In this document: positions 9,187-17,188 of the stretch, one piece after another
Numbering within the stretch: the first letter of the stretch is position 1
Layout of the letters: every line of letters starts with the position of its first letter
Origin: a bacterium
Lineage (GTDB): Bacteria; Fidelibacterota; Fidelibacteria; Fidelibacterales; Fidelibacteraceae
NCBI GenBank assembly: GCA_963676395.1
Contig: OY781066.1
Span: 1,184,001 to 1,248,000 of the forward strand
Direction: 5' to 3'
DNA length: 64,000 bases
The notes under the pieces: generated by a model
The model's input: only the letters and a program-made list of their open reading frames with translations
What the model was told of the DNA's origin: nothing
Databases searched by the model: none
Position numbers and translations under genes: made by a program

Positions 9187-10473
9187 TTACATTTTGATTT
9201 CCACATAGAATTTTCCATATAATGTTTCCATCCATTCATTCCAAAAATTTGATTGTTTTTCTTTTAAAGCCATGTTTTCAATAACAGGATAATGTGTTTT
9301 TAATGATATTTTTTCAGCGGGTAAAAATTTGTTTAAACGTAGTATATGAAAGCCATAAGGGGAAATAAATGGATCTGAAATTTCACCTTCTTTTAGGTTT
9401 TTTGCCACCACTCCAAACTCTGGGATTTGAAGCGTTTCAATAGCAAATTCACCTAAGTGACCACCATTAATTTCAATATCGGGATCTTCACTATATTTTC
9501 TTGCAAAGCGTTCAAAATCACCAGTTTCTATGATTGAATCCTTTAGTGTTGATAACATGTTAATAACATATTGATTATCATCATCTGAGGTTTGAATTGA
9601 AAATAAAATGTGACGTGTATGGATTAATTCACCACGTTTTTCTATAGATTGAATCAAGTGATAACCAAATTGTGTTTCAATCGGTTCAGATATTTCTCCT
9701 GGTTCTAATGCAAAGGCAGCTTTTTCAAATTCACTTACAAAAGTTCCTTTTGGAACAAAACCCAAGTCACCACCTTCTTCGGCAGAACCGGGATCTTGTG
9801 AGTATTGAAATGCTGCGTCTTCAAAGCTTATTGTGCCATCTAAGATATCTTTTTTAATTCCATTGATTAGATCAAGGGTTTTTTGTTTTGAAGCGGGAGA
9901 AGGCTTTTCAGTGATTAATATATGGTCAATATCTATTCTATCGGGAAGGTCCGGTAAAGAATCTTTTTTACTTTTAAAAAAATCAATGACTTCGGGTCGA
10001 GATATTTTGATTTTTGAAAATTTTTCCTGTTGTAACTGTTGAGAGATCATTGAACCTTTAACTCTTTCGTATAACATTTCTTTGATCTTCTTCATAGGAG
10101 TATTAAAGTACATCTCAAGCACTTCTTCGGAACCGGCCATACTTACATATTGTTCAACTTGTTGTTGAACTGTCATTTCAACATTTCTTTCATTAATTTC
10201 GATTGAATCAGCTTCTGCTTGCAGAATAAGGATCTTGGAATTAATCATTTCTTTTAAAGCCCGTTCTTGTAGTAAGGCAAAAGCTTGTTGGTCCTTGTAA
10301 ATATCAATATTACTTTGTTGTGCCATCTCGAAAGCGAATTGATTCATTTCAGAAAAAAGTATGATATCTTCTCCAACGATAGCAGCTATTCCATCAACCA
10401 ATTGTTGAGCCGGCAAAATTAGAGAGCCTAAAAGAAGAAAACTACTTATCAGTATTTTTGATAATTTTGACAT
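9187..10473 (-). CDS. surA: SurA-like chaperone / parvulin PPIase (two rotamase domains)
   Basis: VDGIAAIVGEDIIL, HILI, YSQDPGSAEEGGDLGF, ETQFGYHLI; start placed at MSKLSK. Confidence 0.85.
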   Translation of the reverse strand: MSKLSKILISSFLLLGSLILPAQQLVDGIAAIVGEDIILFSEMNQFAFEMAQQSNIDIYKDQQAFALLQERALKEMINSKILILQAEADSIEINERNVEMTVQQQVEQYVSMAGSEEVLEMYFNTPMKKIKEMLYERVKGSMISQQLQQEKFSKIKISRPEVIDFFKSKKDSLPDLPDRIDIDHILITEKPSPASKQKTLDLINGIKKDILDGTISFEDAAFQYSQDPGSAEEGGDLGFVPKGTFVSEFEKAAFALEPGEISEPIETQFGYHLIQSIEKRGELIHTRHILFSIQTSDDDNQYVINMLSTLKDSIIETGDFERFARKYSEDPDIEINGGHLGEFAIETLQIPEFGVVAKNLKEGEISDPFISPYGFHILRLNKFLPAEKISLKTHYPVIENMALKEKQSNFWNEWMETLYGKFYVEIKM

Positions 10474-11221
10474 TATATTGATCCTTAAGTTCATTTTGTT
10501 TTTTATCAATAGCGCTTATATAAGCTTGTGTGCGCAGCCTTTGTATGATATCTATTCTAACATGTTCCATCGCTAGAGCAGAATCTTTTGAGTATTTTTC
10601 AATAATAACTATTACATAATATTCACCCGCATGTTTGATGGGGCCAATATATTTTTTAGATTTTGAAGAGAAAATATAATCATTTATTTCATCAATAAAT
10701 TCACCTTTATAACAAAGTTTAAATTCTGAAGGGATGTTTGGTTGTATGCTGTTTTTCAGGTTTTCCAAAAGGTCAACTGCATTTTCTTTATCTGTTAATG
10801 TGTATAATTGAATATAGGCAGCTTCTTTATATGCTTTAAATTGACTTTCATTATTTTTGTAGTATTCTCTAACATCGCCCTCTGTAATTGATATTTTATC
10901 TAATAAATATTTTTTTTGATATTCTTTTATCAAAAGCGAATTTTCATATTCTTTTACAAGTTCTTTAATTTTATCATTTTTATGTATATATCGTTGAGCC
11001 TCTTTTAACCATAGTTTATTTTCAACCCACATTTCGATGTAATCTTGCTTTAGTTGAGTCTCTGGAGTATCACCAAGGTCTTTTTGAATATCCGATAGCC
11101 TTAATAATTGTTCATCAACTTGAGCAATGACAGGATCGTTTTTATGCTTTCCAAGGTTGCAAGAAAACAATAAGAGTATCACGCCGACTGCTAAAAATGA
11201 TATTTTTAAGTTATTTGTCAT
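10442..11221 (-). CDS. PPIase-like (PrsA/EpsD-type) lipoprotein
   Basis: Lipobox LFSC, VIAQVD, ITEGDVREYY; lies between two parvulin genes. Confidence 0.7.
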   Translation of the reverse strand: MTNNLKISFLAVGVILLLFSCNLGKHKNDPVIAQVDEQLLRLSDIQKDLGDTPETQLKQDYIEMWVENKLWLKEAQRYIHKNDKIKELVKEYENSLLIKEYQKKYLLDKISITEGDVREYYKNNESQFKAYKEAAYIQLYTLTDKENAVDLLENLKNSIQPNIPSEFKLCYKGEFIDEINDYIFSSKSKKYIGPIKHAGEYYVIVIIEKYSKDSALAMEHVRIDIIQRLRTQAYISAIDKKQNELKDQYNVKIIKNTDK

Positions 11222-12905
11222 TGTTTATAAACTTCTTATTAATTGATAATTTATACAAATTTCTTAACATATCCATTTGTTCATCACGAACTGTATCTAA
11301 ATGATGTTTTCTATAATCACTTAACAGTCTGTATTGAATATTTTCAATTGGTTTAAATGATTCGGGAATATATTCTAATCTTTGAATAACAGAAAAATAC
11401 TTACCAATTTTGTAAGGACCAGCTACTTCACCATCTAACATATTAAATGCGGCTAAACTCATTTCTCCATATTGATTTTTTTTAAATGCCGGAATTATCC
11501 CTTTATTTTTTTTACCAATATTTCTTTTTGAATATTTTTCTGCAAGAATGGAGATATCTTCACCTTTTAAAACTTGTTTATAAATATTAACAGCTTGTAA
11601 TGAATCTTCCAACAAGACCTCTTTAACTTTGACTCGTGGTTCTAAATAATATAATTGTGATTTTTCACTTTCATAAAAAGCATTTAGAGTTTCTTTATCC
11701 GGATTAATGGATTCATAAACATAGAGCTTATCAAAAAGATTTGATGATTTTTTAGCAAGATATACATTTTTTGTTTTTATGTATTCGTCAGATTGATCCA
11801 ACTTAATATTTAAGGCAGTATCATAAAATATGATTCCCATTCGGCTTGTACCGATAAAACTGTTAAAAGATGCTATATCGGTAAATCTAGGTGGTTGATT
11901 TAAGCTGATCATTTTTAAAAAATCAACAATCATTTTTTTATTAATATCAACATTTCCAATCATACCCAATGATAATGAATCGTCAAAAACTTCCATTATA
12001 TCGAAAGTATTGAATTGTTTCGAGTAAAATACATTTTGTGATAAACGATTATAACGTTCAAGAAAATCAGCAAGTTTGTCTTCGTTTATGTTAATGGTAT
12101 ATATATTATTTAATGAATCCATGACAATTTTTTCTTGTTCAATAAATTTTGGACGCCAAGAATCCATTGCAATTTCTTCAATTTCAATTTTTGCTTTTTC
12201 AAATGGCTCAACAATATTTCTTTTTCTTTCATTAATTTTAATGATATGAAACCCATACATGGTTTCAATAGGTTCTGAAACTTCTCCGGGTTCAAGTGAG
12301 TAAGCAATATCTTCAAAATCACCAATCCACTTCCCAACACCGGCCCAACCAAGATTACCCTGGTTATTTATAACACTACTATCATCTGAATACTCTAAAG
12401 CGAGTTCTGAAAAGTTTTTATCTGTGATTTTATTGTAGATATCGTAGGCGAGTGCTTGGGCTTCTGATTTACTTCTTGAGTTTAATTTTTTGTCATTATC
12501 AAAACCAATAAGAATATGAGAAATATTAAGATCATATTTCATTTTCTCATAATAAGCTCTAATTGCTTTTTCGTTTAAAACCGTATTAATGATAAGTTTT
12601 TGAAAAGCACCGTTTGCCAATTCTCTGATTTCCCAAACACGAATTTCCCAAGCTACATCACCTTTATCCAAATCCCCTATATCTTCCAAGTATTCTTTCA
12701 TAAGGTAATCATCACAAACTCTGTTTACCTGAGCTATCTTTTCTTCTTTACTTAGTGATTCAAATTGTGCTTGAGGTATATATTTAAAAAGTTCATCAAA
12801 TGAAATATTTTTACCGTTAATTTTAGCAATATTATTGTCGTTTACAACCGAACATGATGTTAAAAGAATGAACATAACGACGAGTAGAATACTTAGTTTT
12901 TTCAT
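11211..12905 (-). CDS. Parvulin-type peptidylprolyl isomerase lipoprotein
   Basis: Lipobox LTSC; SHILI, YSDD, GNLGW, ETMYGFHIIK; second degenerate rotamase domain. Confidence 0.85.
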   Translation of the reverse strand: MKKLSILLVVMFILLTSCSVVNDNNIAKINGKNISFDELFKYIPQAQFESLSKEEKIAQVNRVCDDYLMKEYLEDIGDLDKGDVAWEIRVWEIRELANGAFQKLIINTVLNEKAIRAYYEKMKYDLNISHILIGFDNDKKLNSRSKSEAQALAYDIYNKITDKNFSELALEYSDDSSVINNQGNLGWAGVGKWIGDFEDIAYSLEPGEVSEPIETMYGFHIIKINERKRNIVEPFEKAKIEIEEIAMDSWRPKFIEQEKIVMDSLNNIYTININEDKLADFLERYNRLSQNVFYSKQFNTFDIMEVFDDSLSLGMIGNVDINKKMIVDFLKMISLNQPPRFTDIASFNSFIGTSRMGIIFYDTALNIKLDQSDEYIKTKNVYLAKKSSNLFDKLYVYESINPDKETLNAFYESEKSQLYYLEPRVKVKEVLLEDSLQAVNIYKQVLKGEDISILAEKYSKRNIGKKNKGIIPAFKKNQYGEMSLAAFNMLDGEVAGPYKIGKYFSVIQRLEYIPESFKPIENIQYRLLSDYRKHHLDTVRDEQMDMLRNLYKLSINKKFINNDK

Positions 12906-12986
12906 AGAGTCTCCATTTTTTCATGAAAATTTAATACAGAGCCAAACAAAATAAAATGTTTATTTATTAAGGTGAAGCATAAAGAA

Positions 12987-15900
12987 TTAAAAAACATCTT
13001 TATTAAATTGAGTTAGGAAATCCAAACTTGTTTTAGCGCTAAGGTGTTTCCCGGAAATAAATTCAAGTTGAAAATGCCTCTCTTTCATTTGTTGTAAAAA
13101 TCTTCCTGCAGATTTTTGCAATTGAGAGTTAGGAAGATTTTTCCTAAATGAGATGTGAAGTTTATTTTCTTTTTTTATTAGTGATTCAATGTCAAAGGTT
13201 CTTAGCCAAAGAGAAAGTTTTGTCTCGTTAAAAAGATTCTCGGCTTCACGGGGTAAGGTTCCAAAACGATCTTTACAGGACCATTTAATATGCCTTAATT
13301 CTAACATTGATTTGTCAAATGGTTTGGGTGAAGATAGTATATCTGATATCTTTCTATAGAATGATATACGAATATCTTTACTGTTGATATAATCTTCCGG
13401 TAGGTAGGATGCCTGATCAAGGTTTATATCACAAATAGCTTGTTCGACTTTTATGTCTTCATTTTTGATCTTACTTACTTCTTCAGTGAACATTCTATTA
13501 AAATATGAATACCCAACACGATTAATATGTCCGCTTTGTTCAACTCCAAATAATGAACCCGCACCTCTAATTTCAAGATCTCTCATTGCTATTTGATATC
13601 CCGAACCAAGTTCTGTGTAATATTCCAGGGTTTGTAATCTTTTCATTGCTGTGGGATTTATATGCTTTCCACGAGGAATAACAAGATATGCGAATGCTTT
13701 TTTATATGATCGTCCAACGCGACCGCGAATTTGATACAATTGTGAAAGACCAAAATTTTGTGCATTCATCACTATCAACGTATTGGCATTGGGTATATCT
13801 ATTCCGGATTCGATAATTGTTGTAGATATCAAAATATCAAAATTATGATGATAAAAATCCAATAAAGTAGATTCTAATTCTGCTCCGGGCATTTTCCCGT
13901 GAGCTATTCGAGCCTTATGGTCTGGAAACATATCCTCGACTTTAGCTTTTAATGCATCTTGTTCTTCAATGACATTATGAAGTATAAACACCTGACCGTT
14001 TCGATCAAGTTCTCTTTTTATTGCATCCTGGATATCAAGATCATTCCAATACATGATCTTAGTTGAAATAGGCAATCTTTCTTTTGGTGGTGTATCTATT
14101 TTAGAAATATCTCGCAGACCAACCATTGATAATTGAAGAGTGCGTGGAATAGGTGTAGCTGTGAGAGTTAATACATCCACGTGTCTTTTTATGTTTTGAA
14201 TTTTTTCTTTATGGTTTACCCCAAAACGATGTTCTTCATCGATAATCAATAGGCCCAAATCGTTGAATTGTAAATGTTTTGATAAAAGTTTGTGTGTTCC
14301 AACTAAAACATCAATTTTTCCGGACTTTACACCTTCAAGTCTTTCTTTGAGTTGTTTTGCTGAAACAAAGCGGTTAACATAAGAAACTATTATTCCAAAG
14401 TTGTTCAATCTTTCATTGAAACTCTCATAATGCTGAAAACAAAGCATAGTTGTTGGGACTAATACTGCGACTTGTTTACCGGAATATACCGCTTTAAAAG
14501 CAGCACGAATTGCCACCTCGGTTTTACCGAAACCAACATCACCACAGACCAATCTATCCATAATAGTGCTTTTTTCCATATCTTGACTAATATCTGAAAT
14601 TACTTTTAATTGGTCGGGTGTCTCATCATATGGAAAACTAGCTTCAAGCTGTAGCGTGTCGGGTGTGTCTTTTTCAAATGAGAAACCCGACAAATTTTTT
14701 CTATCTTGATATAAACTTAAAAGATCAAAAGCTGCTTTTTTTAAGTAATTCCTTGTTGAGATTTTTGCTTGTTCCCAGCGTTTACTGCCTATTTGATCCA
14801 GTATGGCTTTAGATTGTTTATCAGAGCTATACTTAAAGATCTTATTCATATATCGGATAGGGACAAAAACGCGATCTTTATTTTTATACTCAATGATCAT
14901 CGATTCTTGCTTGATACCCTTGAACTCTAGAATTTCAATACCCCGATATATTCCTATTCCATAATCAACGTGAACAATCGTATCGCCATATTCAAGGGAT
15001 TCAATATTTTCTACTTTTCCTGTTTGATCAGGGATAAACTTTTTATTGGGATTTGAGTAATGTTCTTTTCTATAGTTTTGTTGACCCGAGATAACGATTA
15101 AATCAAGATCTTTATATTGAAAACCACAATGAATATTATTGGGGATGTAATTGGCGTTATTTCCAAGTTTTTCTTTAAACGATTCAAGCACAATACTATG
15201 CTCGGAAAATACCGCAATATTGTTATAGTTGTTTAATACACTTTCATAGTATTTTTTGCTGTTTTTCTTACTTGGAACCTCAGTATCTGAAATTTGAAAA
15301 CGAACATCAGATTCGGGGTCGGCCGTTTTAAAAAGAACTTGTTTAAAGGAAAGAGAAGGATCGTAACTAATCCCTGTATCTTTTTCGTTATCGATCTTAA
15401 TAATAACACAGGAGTCTGGAAGAATATCAGCAATTTTAGAGTGAGAATAACTCGAAAAAGATGCCGGTCGCACCTGTGCATGCTTTAGTTGTTCAAATGT
15501 GTTTTGATCAGAGGGATTGAATTTTCTAATTGAATCAATTGTATCACCAAAGAATTCAATTCTATATGGATAAGTTTCACCATATGGATAGATATCTACA
15601 ATACCGCCACGTAAGGCGAATTCCCCACAGTATTCAACCATCCCAGATCTCTGATATCCCATAGAATTAAGTTTTTCAGGTAATTCTGAGAAGGGAATAT
15701 CTTCACCTAATTTAAAATGTAATATATGTTCCCTTAACGATTTTTTATCAGGAACACGATATGAGAATATTTCTTTAGATGATATCGCAAGATCCAAATT
15801 GTTTTTATAGTGGTCATCTAAAAAACGCGATATATGATTCTCTAGAGCGGTGTTTTCATATATTCCGGAGCTTGATGAAAATAACGGTATCCAGGAAATA

Positions 15901-16172
15901 TTGTCTGAAGAAAAGAAAGCCAATGCATCAGAGAAGAATATTTCAGCTTCGCGCTCATTTGAGAATAAAACCAATGGAAAGAACCCCTTCTTTCTTAAAA
16001 GACTTATCCATATAAGAATGAATGGGTAATTGGTGGTATTTAAAACCAGTGAGCTTCTATGCTTTAATAATGAAAATGATGAGTGGATGTTCTCATCTTT
16101 TTTAAATAAATCAAGTAGTTTGTTTAGTTTGGATGTTTCACGTGAAACTATATTTTTCTTGTTGTCATTCAT
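12987..16172 (-). CDS. mfd: Transcription-repair coupling factor
   Basis: GEFALRGGIVDI, CarD-like VHVDYGIG, DRLVCGDVGFGKTEV, DEEHRFGV, QIRGRVGR, DLEIRGAG. Confidence 0.97.
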   Translation of the reverse strand: MNDNKKNIVSRETSKLNKLLDLFKKDENIHSSFSLLKHRSSLVLNTTNYPFILIWISLLRKKGFFPLVLFSNEREAEIFFSDALAFFSSDNISWIPLFSSSSGIYENTALENHISRFLDDHYKNNLDLAISSKEIFSYRVPDKKSLREHILHFKLGEDIPFSELPEKLNSMGYQRSGMVEYCGEFALRGGIVDIYPYGETYPYRIEFFGDTIDSIRKFNPSDQNTFEQLKHAQVRPASFSSYSHSKIADILPDSCVIIKIDNEKDTGISYDPSLSFKQVLFKTADPESDVRFQISDTEVPSKKNSKKYYESVLNNYNNIAVFSEHSIVLESFKEKLGNNANYIPNNIHCGFQYKDLDLIVISGQQNYRKEHYSNPNKKFIPDQTGKVENIESLEYGDTIVHVDYGIGIYRGIEILEFKGIKQESMIIEYKNKDRVFVPIRYMNKIFKYSSDKQSKAILDQIGSKRWEQAKISTRNYLKKAAFDLLSLYQDRKNLSGFSFEKDTPDTLQLEASFPYDETPDQLKVISDISQDMEKSTIMDRLVCGDVGFGKTEVAIRAAFKAVYSGKQVAVLVPTTMLCFQHYESFNERLNNFGIIVSYVNRFVSAKQLKERLEGVKSGKIDVLVGTHKLLSKHLQFNDLGLLIIDEEHRFGVNHKEKIQNIKRHVDVLTLTATPIPRTLQLSMVGLRDISKIDTPPKERLPISTKIMYWNDLDIQDAIKRELDRNGQVFILHNVIEEQDALKAKVEDMFPDHKARIAHGKMPGAELESTLLDFYHHNFDILISTTIIESGIDIPNANTLIVMNAQNFGLSQLYQIRGRVGRSYKKAFAYLVIPRGKHINPTAMKRLQTLEYYTELGSGYQIAMRDLEIRGAGSLFGVEQSGHINRVGYSYFNRMFTEEVSKIKNEDIKVEQAICDINLDQASYLPEDYINSKDIRISFYRKISDILSSPKPFDKSMLELRHIKWSCKDRFGTLPREAENLFNETKLSLWLRTFDIESLIKKENKLHISFRKNLPNSQLQKSAGRFLQQMKERHFQLEFISGKHLSAKTSLDFLTQFNKDVF
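16134..16149. promoter_or_regulatory. parS site
   Basis: TGTTTCACGTGAAACT, 15/16 match to TGTTTCACGTGAAACA; encodes VSRET in the mfd N-terminus. Confidence 0.88.
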
Positions 16173-16320
16173 GCGGGATTATACGACAATGTTAAATAAA
16201 ATGAAACACCTATGTGTTGTGATTCATCGTGTTGAATGGTTGATCTTAAAATAAACACAACGTGATTTTATTGTTTATACCAATTTTAGATTAAAACATT
16301 TTTTATTGTAATAGCAATGT

Positions 16321-16336
16321 GGTTTCACGTGAAACA
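16321..16336. promoter_or_regulatory. parS site
   Basis: GGTTTCACGTGAAACA, 15/16 match to consensus; intergenic between mfd and dapF. Confidence 0.88.
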
Positions 16337-16399
16337 TAATTGCCGTTGTAATTAGGCTGGGAATAGTTTATTATTTCCATTATAAATAATGGAGAACTA

Positions 16400-17188
16400 A
16401 TGATGCGTATTTCATTTTCAAAATATCAGGGCGCTGGTAATGATTTTGTGTTAGTTGAAGATCGTGAATGTGTGTTTCCTGATGATGACAATGATCTAAT
16501 ATCGAAAATATGTGATCGGCGTTTTGGTGTGGGTGCCGATGGTTTGATATTGTTAAGACCATCAGAAGCCAATGACTTTAAAATGGTATATTTTAACTCT
16601 GATGGGCGTGAGGGGACAATGTGCGGAAATGGAGGGCGATGTCTTGTTGCTTTTGCCCGCGATTGTTTTTGGATAGACCCTGAAAAGGAAATTGTATTTG
16701 ATGCGATCGACGGCTTGCATTATGCAAAAATCCTTACAAACACTCAAGTCTCATTAAAAATGATAGATGTTGATAAAGTTGTGGAAAAGCTGGGTGGATA
16801 TCATGTCGAAACCGGGTCTAGACATCATGTACAGTTCATTTCAGGGATAGAGTCTTATCCTGTGGATAGTGAGGGGTTGATCATTAGAAACCATGAAATA
16901 TATGCCCCTGAGGGTTGTAATGTAAATTTTATTGAGGATCTGGGAGCGGGTGTTCTTGCAATCAGGACATATGAAAGAGGTGTCGAAGCTGAAACTCTTG
17001 CTTGTGGGACGGGATCCGTAGCTGCTGCGATAGCGCATCATTATAAGGGGAATGTTTTCCCCGGGTATGTTGTTAGGGCACTTGGGGGTGAATTGAAGGT
17101 GAGATTTAACAATTCTGACGGAAGGTATCGGGAAGTTGTTCTTGAGGGTCCCGCAGAATTTGTTTTTAAGGGAGAAATTATAGCATGA
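16400..17188 (+). CDS. dapF: Diaminopimelate epimerase
   Basis: KYQGAGNDF, DRRFGVGADG, MCGNGGRC, ERGVEAETLACGTG. Confidence 0.97.
   Translation: MMRISFSKYQGAGNDFVLVEDRECVFPDDDNDLISKICDRRFGVGADGLILLRPSEANDFKMVYFNSDGREGTMCGNGGRCLVAFARDCFWIDPEKEIVFDAIDGLHYAKILTNTQVSLKMIDVDKVVEKLGGYHVETGSRHHVQFISGIESYPVDSEGLIIRNHEIYAPEGCNVNFIEDLGAGVLAIRTYERGVEAETLACGTGSVAAAIAHHYKGNVFPGYVVRALGGELKVRFNNSDGRYREVVLEGPAEFVFKGEIIA

Noticed and set aside
16780..16869. Isolated DnaA-box matches in coding regions (16780, 16861, 36881, 37161)
   Set aside because: Single hits are expected by chance in AT-rich DNA; not clustered
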